From positions 259,470,001 through 259,534,000 of the forward strand of contig OZ024742.1 of NCBI GenBank assembly GCA_964016885.1: a stretch of DNA of 64,000 bases, given 5' to 3'. The DNA is from Eledone cirrhosa (Eukaryota). The notes below the pieces were generated by a model that saw only the letters and a list, made by a program, of their open reading frames with translations, had not been told where the DNA came from and searched no databases. How positions within the stretch are numbered: the stretch's first letter is position 1; every line of letters begins with the position of its first letter. The position numbers and the translations under genes were made by a program. Below, one piece after another: positions 13,604 to 28,760 of the stretch.

Positions 13604-13666
<63 letters not shown>

Positions 13667-13760
13667 TATCATTTTTATATATATATAAATGTAAGTAGAC
13701 ACAGACACACACACAATCATATTTATAATATATATATATATATATACACACATATATATA

Positions 13761-13813
<53 letters not shown>

Positions 13814-14354
13814 CTAGCGTATGCCAAAGCAAGTTTCACCTAAACGTTGACGTACGGAAGTAAAAACAAGCAACAAAGACGACAATATCTACAAACAGAA
13901 GATCATAAAATGAAACGGAAATAAAAATCTATTTGCAGGGAGATAATAATGGATAGAAGCAGGAAGGAAGAGGGGTAATATAAATAGTGTGAAGTTGGTG
14001 GCAGGATGGGGGGAGGATGATTTATGAAGTAGGTGAATAGAGAAATAGTTTATCTTGAAAACAAAGTATTGTTTGTGAGATGATGAAATGTCGCTGTGTC
14101 AGCTCTGTCAAATGAAACGATATCTCGGATCAATGTCATTCATATTTAATGGCGGCCATCATTATCAAAAGTGCGAGTGAGCTGTTGGTAAATAAGTCAT
14201 GACGGCGCACGCGCACATACACATACACACACAGATACACATAGACACAGGCATACATATACACACATGTGTCAGTGCATATATATATATATGTGTATAC
14301 ATATTTGGATAATTATATATATATATATGTATTATACACACACACATATATATA

Positions 14355-14452
<98 letters not shown>

Positions 14453-14742
14453 TATATATATATATACATTATTTATTTATTTGTATTTTATGTGGTTGTA
14501 TGTGTGTTTGTGTATGTATGTATGTATGCCAGCATATTTTGCAATGTTGAATATAGCTGTAAATGTGCACCTGTGACCTTTTGTGTATATGTGTGACATT
14601 TTGTGTAACTATGTCCGAACTTGCATACACATACGGTCCTTTAGTAATTTAAATGCAGCAAATATTGAATATGAAATATACATTATATGAAGATTAGTCT
14701 TACTTGAACATGCACAGCCACAGACACATGCACACAGGCACG

Positions 14743-14832
<90 letters not shown>

Positions 14833-14835
<3 letters not shown>

Positions 14836-15052
14836 AGGCACGTGGGCTAGAGGAAAGGGTGTTGGACGTATGATCATAATGTCGTGGGTTCGATTCCTGG
14901 GCTGTGTGTTGTGTTCTTGAACGAAACACGTTGCTCCATTATACTCAGCTGAAAAGGAGTACCTGCAATACCTGGAGGTTGTGATGGACTGGAGTCTTGT
15001 ACTCTCAGTCGCTTCACGCAATGAAACCGGGATAAGCACCGGCTCCATTTAG
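14833..15052 (+). mobile_element. tRNA-derived SINE family 2
   Basis: GGAGGCACGTGGGCTAG (A box), GGTTCGATTCC (B box), TTGTGTTCTTGAACGAAACAC core. Confidence 0.7.
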
Positions 15053-16819
15053 TGGAAATGTTATAATACATAAGCACACACATACACACATATATATATA
15101 GACAATTTATTTTTTATTTGTAGGGGGGTGGGGGAGCTGGCATTCGCCTATGCATACCAATGCCCGCTCTCCACGCCACTGATATTTTCCAAAGACCGAT
15201 ACAGCTTCGTGCCAGTGACGTCAAAACAAATTTCCATCTGTGTGAATTGCGGCAATGTGAAATTAAGTGTCTTGCTCACAACGTAGCATTTGGTCCGATT
15301 GTGAATCTAACACTCTAACCATTAAGGCACACACCTTCATTATATATATTTCTTTTTCCTCTGTGTGTTAAACTTGGATTGCCAATACATTGCCTATGCA
15401 TTTCCCGACCTGAATTTTGAATTACCTTCATATTTTGCCAGTTTTAGTCGTAGTAAATGTCAGATCAATTATATTGTCCCTTGTAGATTAGTAAGTACAC
15501 TAAATCGATGAAAATCATGTGTACTTATCGTTCTTTCAGTGAATGTGCTAGTGTGAGTAATCAGTGGTCTATTCAAATAACTGACCAACCAACCAACAAG
15601 CAGTTTAAGCACTTTGACCGTCATGATTCCGTCAGTAATGTCACTGAGCTACATGATTATACATTTAGTCAGGCCACACGTTTGACTAAGAAAAAAAGCG
15701 AATGATCAGTTATCCGAAAACATAACGAAATAAAAATAAACAAATGGATGTTGGCAAAATCGTAAGAGCTTTAAACAAAAAGATACACTTTACGTTGTAT
15801 GTTCAATTGTTCCTGATGTAAAATAAAGTACCAGTTAAGGTTTGGAATCAATATAATTGACTACTTCTCTCTCTATAAAAAGTTTGTTGTTCTTGTGTCT
15901 AAATTGGAAACCATTATTTCCAGCAAGATATTCGGTAACGGCCCTTTAATTCTGAGATCAAATCTCACCATGATCACAGAAATGTTTCTATCTACATTTC
16001 GATTTTGGAAACTTTCGTTCATGTGTTTCTGTGAAAGAAGCAAATGAATCACCACAAACTGACACAAAGTACAATCGAATTATACGGAATGGACCTGCGT
16101 CGGTTTCTATTATAAATGCTCCAGTTGTTTCATCATCAGAACTGCCTGAAATTAACGTGTATATGACTGAGCATTCCACAGATACGTCTATCAGTGTTTG
16201 ACAAAGTCGGTCCTTTCATTTACAGATACAATCGATACGACAAGCTTCCAAACAGATGCCGTCTACCCAATTTCACTCACAAGAGACATGTTGCTCCGGG
16301 GCTATAGTAAATGATACTTCTCCAGCATGTCACACAGTAGGAACGAACCCGAAATCTAATTATCGGGGAGCTACCTTCTTCAGCAATCCGACATGCTATG
16401 TACACATGAATTAAATGGGCACCCGAGGTGTACAAAGAAATTCATTCTACTACTTAATCGAAAAAAAAAACTTACACAATTAAAGAAGCATATATTTCTT
16501 CATTTAAATAAAGCGCATATATGCATGACCTGTAAAAGTGACTGAAAGCATCTACGCATTCAGTTACCTTCTCTTGCCGTAGTTAATAGGTCCATGATCC
16601 AGCAATATATAGTATAACACCCTCAAATAAAGCCATCCTCTTTGTCTCTGATGAAATGCATCTGAAATGTACCGTTTTACGCTCCACTGCTTCAATGGCT
16701 TCTGCCGGGAGACAATCAAGTTGTGCCAGGTTTGATCTTGTTTGATGAGCTTCCAGACCTGGACCAACTTTTCATCTTTATTCGTGAAGTCCATGCTGCT
16801 GGGGTTTTTTTGGGGGGGT

Positions 16820-19800
16820 GGGGGGGCTGCTTTCAGGCTAGTAGCCGTCTACGCCCCAACTGGGGCAGGACGAACTGATTTCCTCAGGCATCTAGAGACC
16901 TTTCTTGGAACGTTCCGCTCCTTAGTGTTAGTGGCTGACTGGAACGGTATCTTCGATGCACGCTGGGATTGTGTGGGGCTAGTGGATAGGGGAGGAGGGT
17001 GCAAGAGCCTCACCAACCTGCTCAGACGTTTTGAACTGTCTGACAGGTAACGACTGGATCACCCAAATGTGCCAATGTGGACATGGACAAACCGCATCGG
17101 GTCATCCAGATCGTATCTCGATAGGGTATTCTGCAGAGAACAACATAAGTTGTCCACATTTTAAAATAGTCGACTACACAGACCACAAATTTGTGATCTG
17201 TGAGATCGACATAGACAGACTTCATAGACAAGGACCCGGTTACTGGAAGCTGAACGCGTCTTTCCCGGCGCGCAAACCCTATAGAGACCGGATTAGCGTA
17301 TTAGTTAAGCGGGCGTTGACGGGAGCGGTCGTCAACAACAGGTGGGGGTTCGCCGTGAAAAGGGCAATTAAAGTAGAGTCGATTAGCTTTAGCAAAGAAC
17401 TAGTGATAGAGGAAAATAAAGTAGAGGGAGAGCTAGTCAGAAAGCTAGAAGAGGCGTTTAGGACAGGCATCGCAACCGACGTGCTTGCGGCGAGATTGGC
17501 ACTCGACCAATTCTTCAACGGAAAACACGCAGGCGGCGTTGTCAGAGCTAGTGCGCGTGCTCTGAAACACGAGGGGACAAAAGCCGTTCAATGGGCCCGG
17601 GTGGCAGAGGCGCGACGTGGCAACAAAGCCACAATTCGGTCTTTATCTGACCAAAACGGGCGCGTGTTGCTCGAACCCTAGCAGATGTGTGAGGCTTTTC
17701 AGCAGCACCTTGCTGAACTGTTCGAGAGAGCGGCAGGCCGTATCGGGGTATGGACTTCAGTGCATTCCTCGACGGACTGCCTCGGCTCTCGACGACCGCA
17801 GCACAGTGTTGCGAAAAGCCAATAACAGCCGGTGAAATACGGGAAGCGATGGCTAACTGCACGAGGGGTAAATCGCCAGGTTTGGATGGTTTGCCCTACG
17901 AGCTTTATGCATTTATGCCAGACTTATTCGGTGACATCTTGGCAGACGTCTACTGCAACTGGCAGCAGAACGGGAGCATTCCCAGTTTTGTGAGCCGGGG
18001 GAACGGTGGCGCTGTTGAGAAAAGACCCGAACAAGGGGGGTGACATAGATAACTTCAGGCCCATAACCCTGCTAAACGCAGAGTTCAAGATTTTGGCCAA
18101 GGTGTTAGCAACGAGGTTGGCGCTTGTCGTCAGGGGTCTGGTGGGAGAGGCGCAGACAGGCGCCATTCCGGACAGGTCCATACATGACAACCTCCACCTC
18201 ATTCGATACATCGTAGAGAGGGTGGTTAAGGAACCTGGCAAGGGTGGAGCCCTGATCAACTTGAATCAATCCAAAGCATTAGATAGGATCTACCATCTGT
18301 ACCTGGTGGCGGTCCTCGAGGCAGCCGGTTTCGGGCCCGTTTTCAGGGGTTGGATCGCTACGATGTACAGGCGACATCTGCTCAGTTGTGAGGGTGAACA
18401 GTCACCTGTCGCAGCCGTTCAGCATCATGCGCTCGGTCCGCCACGGTTGTCCCCTCTTGTCCCTCTTGTACGTATTGACTCTTGAGCCGTTACTGCACAA
18501 ATTGGGGGCGATGAGGGGCGTCCCACGCGTACTAGGATGCGGGAAATCTGAGTCGGCTTACGCCGACGACGTCACCGTTGTGGTGTCGAGCACCAAACAC
18601 GTCCAGATGCTCGGCACCGCTCTCAAGGAATACGAAGCGGTGACAGGAGCAAAGATAAATCAGGAAAAGTCGGTGGGCTTGCAGCTCGGCAACTGCAGAG
18701 GCAAGTCCATGCTGTCCGGTTAAATTGCTCGGAGTCTGGTTCGGACCGGACCTCCAGATAGAGAAAAACTGGAGCGAGGTGACGAGCAGGGTGGTCTCCC
18801 TCATCCAGAAATGGGCCGAGAGAAAGATGTCCCTGAAAGGCCGGGCGAAGGTGACGAATGCGTACATCGCATCCGTCATCTGCTACCGCCTCACCGTCGT
18901 CCCTTACCCCGGCCCAACTCTCACCAAAATGGAGCGCCTCCTCTTCCGCTTTTTGTGGAAGGGACCCGCTTCCATGGTCAGACGATCCATCTGCTGTCAA
19001 CACCCGTTGCGTGGAGGACTGGGCATGCCATGGCTGATGATGCGCAAACATGCGCTGAGGCTGCGACATCTCTGGTGCTTCCTTGACGGTGAACAGGTGT
19101 GGTCGCCGTTCGCCAGGCACGTTTTCCCACAGCTCGTCTCCTTGACGGAGCTGCAGTCTTGGGTCATGAAAAGACCGTGGGATAGCGCTTAGAAACTGGA
19201 ATGTCTCCAGGCACTCACCGCCCTCTGCCAGCTTGGCACTAGTATCGGTGGAACATCCACCTCGGCGTTCTAGAGGGGACTAGTGGAGGGGAAGAGCGAC
19301 GACGTTCTCGGAGAGATCCTGGGCGTCGAAGAAGAAAAGCTGTTTCAGCCCAGGGCCTATGAATAACTTCCAAAAATCCCTGGCCTGGCAGTGTTACCGG
19401 GGAGCGTTGCCGGTTCAAGATAAGCTCTACAGGCACGAAAATGCCGTCAGCCGAGCCTGTCTGAGATGCGCGCAGAGCTACGAAACCGTCGTACACGCAC
19501 TTGTTCAGTGCCCGAACACTGCTAACTTGTGCAGCTATGTCGAACAGTTGCTGTCGCATGTAGGACCGATCCGGTTATCGACTGAGTCCATTGTGCAGAT
19601 GGTCTCGCCGTCTTCCTTCGAGGAGGAAGAGCAGGCGGTTTTCATCTGCCTGGTGGCCATGGCGAAAGAGATTGTGTGGTGGACAAGGTTGAAAGGGTTA
19701 AAGACAGACACTTTCCTCTTCGGCGAATCCCTAATTAACTTTTTTAAGTTTCACTTGAAGAGGAAAATCAGGGTGGAGAGGCAAGTGCTGATTCTAGCAA

Positions 19801-19874
19801 GTTTGTTGAAAAGTGGGTGAATGTAGCGAGAATGGTCCGAGTGAACGGGACCACTCTGAATATACGCCTGTAGT
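16820..19874 (+). pseudogene. Tx1/L1 ORF2 (APE endonuclease-RT-zf-RVT), frameshifted
   Basis: FRLVAVYAP, DWN, TDHK, GPGYWKLNAS, GKSPGLDGLP, NFRPITLLNAEFKILAK, VRHGCPL, AYADDV, CLRC..ETVVHALVQC, spread across several frames with stops. Confidence 0.93.
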
Positions 19875-20203
19875 TTGAGAGATGGACAAATTGAGAAAGG
19901 GCGCTTGTCCTGGTGGTCAGGGTGGCCGTGGTCTTTTGTGTGGTTTTCGCCACGAGTAGCCCTCGGATCCCCCCCCCCCCTATTGGGGAATTTTTCATTG
20001 TTTCAATTTTCATTTTTATTGTTTATATATATATATATGTTTCTATGCCTTTTTTTCTTTTCTTATATAAATAATGCTTTCTTTATAAATAATAAAAATC
20101 TTTACACGCACTAAACCCACATCGTACCGTTCTGTACCGTCCTGTGCCGTCTGTAATGTTTTTCTTGATGTCAGCCCTTGTGGCCAATAAAGAAATCATT
20201 ATT
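16820..20203 (+). mobile_element. 5'-truncated Tx1/L1-clade LINE
   Basis: Disrupted ORF2 followed by a T-rich 3'UTR ending GCCCTTGTGGCCAATAAAGAAATCATTATT. Confidence 0.93.
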
Positions 20204-21898
20204 TTCTTTTTAAGTGGGCTTTCTCCATGATGGCCCTCGGAAGTCTCCCCCCTATTGGGGAATTTTTCATTGTTCTTTTATTACATCCTCTGTTTTTTGT
20301 TTTATTTACACGCAGAAATGCCCATTTGTACCGTCCTGTATTGTCCTGTACTGTCCTTAATGTCTACTTTGTTTAAATGCACTGGGTAATTGCTGGCCTT
20401 GTGCCTAAAGTAGAAACAATTATTATTATTATTATTATGTTGTTGTTTTTTAATTGAAAACAAGAGCTTAAGAATTTGGAGATAGTACAAGGGTTAGAAC
20501 TAGCATATCGGCAAAAGCAGTGAAAAGAACGCAACCAGCAATATAATAAGCCATTGTTTGTTATTATCATGTGTTGTTATTATTATCATTATTGTTGTTG
20601 TTGTTATTGTTGTGATGATGATGGTGATGGCGGTGGTACCTTTGCCATCCCTGATCGCGTATGTCACTGCTGTTGTCGGTGCTGCCGATAATGATCATGT
20701 TTATGCATTTAACGCGTATAATGATGATAATAAAGAACTTTGATGATGACTCTAAAGGGGGATGGTTGATGAGATGGCCTCGATGATTATATGAATAAAA
20801 TATTAATGCTAATGTCTCTCTTCCTGTTATTATTGTTGGTAGCTATCTTTTTGTTAGCTATCGAATTAATAGAAAGCAGCCTGCTCATGAAAGTAACGTG
20901 GAAGTGACTAAGCATTCTACAGACAAGTGTATCCTTTTACTTAATTCTCGGGGAGATTTAATGTGACACAGTATGTGATAATAGTGGCCTTTTGAATTAT
21001 AAGCCAAATCCCATTTTATTGGCTTCTAAACAATTTCCGTCTGCCCAGTTTCATTCACGAGGCATGGCAGATCCACGTCCAACAGCTAACACAGTGAGAT
21101 CGAAACTGACCCCGAGTGATTGTGAATTGAAACTCTTAACAATTCTGCCATGTTGTGTCCACTTCACGACATAATGTTGCTGTTTTAGCTGCTAAAATTG
21201 GATGTTGGATCACATATATCAGACGATAAATCTTTCTGGCAAACTACTTCCTGAGTTCAAGCCCGGCCGAGGGCAACTCTTTCGTTCTTTCGGGATCGAG
21301 AAATATATATAGTACCAGTAAGACAAATTAGCGGAATATTCAGAGCCGAGTGTGTTGTTTTGCATTAAATGATCTGGTTCTTTGAATTCTGTTCCGAGTT
21401 AAAATACCACAAAGTTTATTCTTAAAATATCTGACAAGACTGGACTTTGGAATTATAGCTACGAGGGGTTTGCAAACAGATTCTGTATAGCCAATGTCAC
21501 CAACAAGATTTGGGTTGAGTAACAGCAATTTTGATGACACTTAATTCAGATGCCACCGTGTAAATGGATCGAAGCCAGAACAGTACATAATGACTGCCAA
21601 ATGAACATGTTAAGCACACAGCCGTATGTCTATTACTTGGTTGCGATTGGAATTAATAAGAGGCAGGGGTACAGGAACCATGATATCCATTAAGCCAAAT
21701 TCAAAATTAAGAGGAAACATTTTAATATGACGATTTATCCCCCTTTATTATATTAATAACATTGATCCAAAGCAAAGATTTTTACAGTATAACATTATTA
21801 TATGTGCATGAAATGGACACTGTTACCCTCATTCCACTCTCCCTCTTTCTCTCTGTCACTCTCACGTACTCAATCACTGAGGTAATGACGTGTGTACT

Positions 21899-21929
<31 letters not shown>

Positions 21930-22041
21930 ATATATATACATATATATATATACACATATATATATACATATATATATACATATATATATACATATATATA
22001 CACATATATATATATATATATTAGGAAAAGAAATGCAACTG

Positions 22042-22076
<35 letters not shown>

Positions 22077-22090
22077 ACGTATATATGTAT

Positions 22091-22277
22091 AATTGTTTCT
22101 ACTTTAGGCACAAGGCCAGCAATTACTCAGTACATTACTGGTACTTTATTTTATCGACCCCGTAAGGATGAAAGGCAAAGTCAACCTCGGCGGGATTTGA
22201 ACTCAGATCGTAAAGGGACGTAACTATACTGGAAAGCATGGCGTCCGACCCTCTACCGATACTGCCAATCCACCGCC
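22091..22277 (-). mobile_element. SINE family 1
   Basis: Full-length match to the family. Confidence 0.88.
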
Positions 22278-22466
22278 CTCCGTATAAATGTATAATAATC
22301 TTAAAACAGATATGCACCACTGTAAAGCTTAAATTCTTTTGAAGTCTATACGATTTTAACTTGACCGTAGAGTATTTCTAACTTATAATAATATCAACAT
22401 TCTACACTACTTGCATATGGAATAGTAGATTGACATAGTAGTCTTAATAATTAACATTATATATAT

Positions 22467-22829
22467 CCTTGCCATTCTGAGTTCAAATCCCGCCGAGGTT
22501 AACTTTGCCTTTCATCCTTACTGGGTCGATAAAATAAAGTACCAGTAATACACTGGGTAATTGCTGGCCTTGTGCCTAACGTAGAAACAATTATATATAT
22601 ATAATATAGGGCGGTGAACATTATATATATATATAATAATAGGGCGGTGAATTGGCAGTATCGGTGGAGGGTTGGATTATGCTTTCCAGCATAGTTACGT
22701 CCCTCTACGATCTGAGTTCAATTCCCGCCGAGGTTAACTTTGCCTTTCATCCTTACGGGGTCGATAAAATAAAGTACCAGTAATGTACTGAGATAATTGG
22801 TGGCCTTGTGCCAAAAAGTAGAAACGATT
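22467..22829 (+). mobile_element. Two SINE family 1 copies (truncated 22467-22592; full 22641-22829)
   Basis: Repeated B box, core and tail. Confidence 0.85.
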
Positions 22830-22831
22830 AT

Positions 22832-22880
<49 letters not shown>

Positions 22881-22941
22881 GTCCAAGAGAGATGTATGTG
22901 TGTATATATACATGTATAAGGAAGAGGGAAACGTATATATG

Positions 22942-23040
<99 letters not shown>

Positions 23041-23563
23041 GTTTTGTATATGAGCGTGTGCATGTTGTTGTCTCGTGTGCTGTACACTTTTGAAAATTAC
23101 GAGTTGATTGCCTGTTGTTATATTTATATATTTTTTTCCTTTGATCACCAAAGCATCACTTATTCATCGTTATTCATCAACATCCAATCGCGGCATAAGT
23201 TACATAGAAACATCAATCAATGCTCCCTCTTCTCAACTGTTGTCGATATGCTAAGTACTATATTCACCGTAGAAACTAAACAAAACGCACCACCATTCAT
23301 ATATTTATTGTTTTATCGAAGCCGATATAAATGGTGGTCGTTTTGTTTCTAAGGTAACGCGTTTCGTGGTATTTTTATTCTTTTATTTCTTTTCTTTTAC
23401 TTTGTTTTAGTCATTGGACTGCAGCCATAATGTGGCACACCTCAGAAATACAGGATCGTATCAAACCAAATATATTTTTTGTCAAATCTGGTACTTATAT
23501 TATCACGATTTTTGACGTTGTACCTCTATGTTATGTGACATAAAGAGAGTACAAACACACGCT

Positions 23564-23640
<77 letters not shown>

Positions 23641-23659
23641 TATATATATATGTATATAC

Positions 23660-24349
23660 AAATATAAATTATTGAGATTCGCATTTCGGCCCACAAAATA
23701 ACGAAAAACAACCTCCGAGATGTGCGGCAAGTGCTCAATGATTCAGATGAACCAGAGCTATAACAAACGTTAAAGGCCAAATACAGTGAGACGATGGTTA
23801 AACAATCATTCGCATAGCCAAAACAACGATCAAGTAATTCGGGTATTGAAAATTTACCCTGACCCCTGGAAGGTTGGTAAAATCCAGTATATCGGTTTCT
23901 GCGGCTCCTAAATCAAATACCTCCGCTTACATAAATAATGTCAGGCTTCTGGTAAGATGATTGAACAAGGAAGCCACTTTCTCAACAGGTTTTAGTTCAA
24001 TCTTAATACAAGGACTGACTATTGCTGACCCCACGTGGAGATCGGCAAGGGAGGCAACCCCTATATCAGGCGAATGAATTCAGTTGTGTATAGTTTTGCA
24101 AGAATGCAAAAACATCACACATCGAATAGAGTTCTCAACAGAAGGGTTAAAATTAACATAAGCTATTCATCAGTCAATAGAATCAACTATAAAATCAACA
24201 AAATTAACTGGTCAATAGCTAGAGTCTGGAGAATAATATAAACATAAATTATCGAGATTCGCATTTCGGCCCACGAAATAACGAAAAACAACCTCAGAGA
24301 TGTGCGGCAAGTGCTCAATGATTCAGATGAACCGGAGCTATAACAAACG

Positions 24350-24352
<3 letters not shown>
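23660..24352. repeat. Element with about 113-bp terminal direct repeats in (TA)n
   Basis: 23660-23773 matches 24240-24352; a diverged relative lies at 59410-59525. Confidence 0.75.
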
Positions 24353-24393
<41 letters not shown>

Positions 24394-24398
<5 letters not shown>

Positions 24399-24461
24399 TT
24401 ATTAAAATAAGAGATTAAAGTTTAAGCAAAGAATCGCTGCTTTCACCCTTAACGGGATCTT
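24394..24461. repeat. Dispersed repeat end shared with 60080-60147
   Basis: TTATTAAAATAA.AGATTAAAGTTTAAGCAAAGAATCGCTGCTTTCACCCTTAACGGGATCTT in both. Confidence 0.8.
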
Positions 24462-25270
24462 CTGAAACTAAAAAAGTCAATCTGTGAACGCAGAAATAAA
24501 TATTTCAAAAAACGTTGCAACCGGAGGAAGACAGGAAGACAATACTTTGGTTCGTGTAAACGTTCCCTGGCAAAGAACGGAAAAAAACGAAGATAATACG
24601 TCATTATTTGGAGCGGTGAGAACAATTGCACGTAAAGACAAAACCACGTAAATGGTATAACTGAAGTCGTAGACTAAAATTCTAACTAAGAAACCGAATG
24701 ATTCTCGGCTTCCGAGTAAATAAAGTAAATAAAATACAGAGGTAATTGAAATTAAATAATTACATACACGCATTCAGATACGTACATACACAAACATGCG
24801 CGAAAACACTCGCCATAGGTATACAAATACAAGCACGTACACAAAAAAACCCACACGGACATACATGTCAAATGAAAACACGGAATTAAAGATTCGTATT
24901 GGTCCCCTGTAATTTAATGAGATGAAGGAATAAGTACCGGGTTCTTCATTATACAGTATATAGAGAAGAAATCACAAAAAGAGTATGTTTTCAATTACGA
25001 GGGGCAGAGAACCACTAGAGTGAAGAACATAAAGTCTACGAAAAGTGCGGTAAATACATAATAATTAAAAAGATAATTAAAATGTACAGACCTACCTTTA
25101 TACCTATAAAACATCTAGAAATCTCAAAGAAGCGAATTTTTCGCCATAAATAGTGTTGGTGCCATAACTTCTCAGGGCTCGTCGGTAGGTGTAAAGAAGA
25201 TACGGTTAACACTTCTAAAAATACCCTTTTTGTGTTTTCTAATCTATATATATATATATATATATGAATA

Positions 25271-25966
<696 letters not shown>

Positions 25967-26086
25967 CATACACAACTTTGATAGTTTCCGACAAGTATTG
26001 GCCCAGGCCATGTCTAATTTAATAGCAGATATATATATATGTGTGGTTACCTCCGATTCAACCCGGAATAACGTATATATATATAT

Positions 26087-26119
<33 letters not shown>

Positions 26120-26388
26120 GACACAGATCCACGCATTTACAAAGCAAACTCTACTAAAACACGGACATGATTTTGTTGGTTATTGTTTCTTTCTTTAATA
26201 TATATACTTAGGACAATTTATTACCTCGTAGATTACTATTTGTATAGTTAGGATTCCGGGAGGTAAGAAATAGCATACTGAAAACATAATGAGTGCTAGG
26301 TAATATACAACGTATATCAGTTCGGTTTCAACGGAAGGTTTAATGGTAAATGGGTATCTATTATTCAGAGACATTATTGATAAAGCAT

Positions 26389-26574
26389 GCGGTGGATTGG
26401 TAGTATCGGTAGAGGGTCGGACGCCATGCTTTCTAGCATAGTTACGTCCCTTTACGATCTGAGTTCAAATCCCGCCGAGGTTGACTTTGCCTATCATCCT
26501 TACGGGGTCGATAAAATAAAGTACCAGTAATGCACTGGGTAGTTGCTGGCCTTGTGCCTAAAGTAGAAACAATT
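26389..26574 (+). mobile_element. SINE family 1 with TSD
   Basis: Full length; ATTATTGATAAAGCAT duplicated on both sides. Confidence 0.9.
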
Positions 26575-26918
26575 ATTGATAAAGCATGCATTCAGGAGCA
26601 TATAATATGGTAATATATATATATATGTATATTTGCATATATATATATATATATATGTATGTGTGTATGTGTGTGTAATATATGTATATTTATATTTATA
26701 TGTATATATAAATACGTATATAATTGTGTGTATATATATATATATATATGTACATATAAGTGTACATATGTGTGTGTATATGTATAGACGTATGTATATT
26801 TATAGCTACCTGTATGCATATATATTTTTGTATAGGCAAGTGTACATACATTCACACATACATATATAATATATGTATATATATACATACATATAAAAAC
26901 ATATAAACATATATGTAA

Positions 26919-26967
<49 letters not shown>

Positions 26968-27050
26968 TACATATATTTATATATACATATATATATGTAT
27001 GTGTGTATATATATATGTATATATTTATATATATATAATATATATATATA

Positions 27051-27406
27051 TTAGAAAGTGAGGGGGGGGGGTTACAAAATGAAAAATAACCGTGGTGTCC
27101 TACACGAGGGAAAGTATAAAGAAAAAAGATGAAATCGAAAATGCAACTGGAGTCTTATTTTTTTTTAAATATATATATTTATTTGGTTCCTTTACCGGTC
27201 TCGCAGTTCTTCTGCTTTTCAAAAGTAGAGTTGAGATAGAGGGTCTGTGGTTTTTCTCACATCAGATGTGAGAAAAACCACAGACCCTCCATCTCAACTC
27301 TACTTTTGATAAGCAGAAGAACTGCGAAACCGGTAAACGAACCAAATAAATATATATATTTTTTTTAAAATAAAACTCCAGTTGTATTTTCGATTTCATC
27401 TTTTTT

Positions 27407-27413
<7 letters not shown>
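27051..27413. mobile_element. Fold-back family E copy
   Basis: Arms 27115-27263 and 27265-27413 with 1-nt centre; tail 27051-27114; TA flanks. Confidence 0.88.
27303..27338 (+). ncRNA. Hammerhead ribozyme variant (U3-A8 core)
   Basis: CUU-UUGAUAA-GCAG AAGAA CUGC-GAAA-CCGG-UA^AAC (AAG in sister copies). Confidence 0.68.
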
Positions 27414-27488
<75 letters not shown>

Positions 27489-28596
27489 CATCGGTCTCGT
27501 GTAAACAAGATAATAGATGTAGGAGAATAGACTGTTCGGCGTGTGATATATATTATGTGATTTGTGTATTTGTGTGTGTGTGTACGCGCGCGAGTATGTG
27601 TGTGTGTGCGCGCGCGTGTTTGTACGTGTGTTTGTGTAAAAATGTGTATGTGCTATTCTGTAGATATTTGATCGTTATCAACAGTCGATATTCTGTTGAT
27701 CGTACATTAGCGATGTCTGTATTTGTATTACAATGAATAATTACTGGCGCTTCATTGCTTGGCTGGAAAATACAAACAACAATGTTGTTTTCTGGCTTTT
27801 AACATTGTTAGTACATGTGCTAAACTGGATTTAACATGATTAAGAAGCTCGCTTGACAATAATTAGGCCACAGATTCGCGTGCCCTCTGTACTCTTTTGG
27901 GCGTGTGACATCAGCCATAGCATACCATCAGATTGATCTATGTTACGAGTTAAAATGTGTAGATGGAAACTGTTTTGAAGCCCGTCGACGTCGGATTGTA
28001 TCTGCAATTTAATCGACTGGTCTTGTCACTCCTTGTTTCAGACTGAACCTCAATAAGAATTATATTTATTTAACACGTAACTGTGGAACACTCAACGACT
28101 TACAAGTTAATATCCTGAGCAGGTGTTTCCGTTAACCAATCAATTGATTAACCCATGATCCAACACATATATGTAATAAACATGATCTATTGCCGGCTTA
28201 GCTGACTGTTTACAGCAGACCACTATCATTTTGACAGCATATAAATATAATAGAATGTCCATTGTGAATACTGAATGTTGTATCTACATATTTCTTGAAT
28301 ATAATTAGATGTTTCTAACCACGTATCCAAGGCACATTGCATGCTAATAACAAAATTGGAATCCAAGACCGGGCAGCCTGATTCAACTTTACAACGGACT
28401 GTCCAACTATTCAGGGGTGAAGCCTGGTACTAACTTCATTGATATCTGGCACGACTCCCAACTAATGGCCTTCTTGGCTTTGGATAGATTTTAATCATCG
28501 ATTATGTTATGTTTCATGTAAACTCTTTTCAATTATTCCCTATTCAAATCTACCATGCACCAAGTGAACTTTACAAATGCCTTTATAAAACTGTTG

Positions 28597-28760
28597 ATAG
28601 CAGTGGTCTTTTAGTGGTGCTATTGATGGCAGTGTCCTTTTGGTGACAGTATTCATATTAGTAGAATTTTGGTCACACTATTTATAGCAGTGGCCTTTTA
28701 GTGATACTAGGATATTGTGGTCTTTTTGGTATAGCTTTGTAGCTTTGGTGTTTTAGTGGC
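28597..28760. repeat. Degenerate about 30-bp minisatellite
   Basis: About 5 units resembling ATAGCAGTGGTCTTTTAGTGGTGCTATTG. Confidence 0.6.

Noticed and set aside
25130-25190. HHR-like CCGACGA..GGCGAAA on the minus strand
   Set aside because: Mutated core and no credible stem I or III.
26389-26480. tRNA gene
   Set aside because: A and B boxes are present but with no clean cloverleaf, and the sequence continues into the SINE core and tail.
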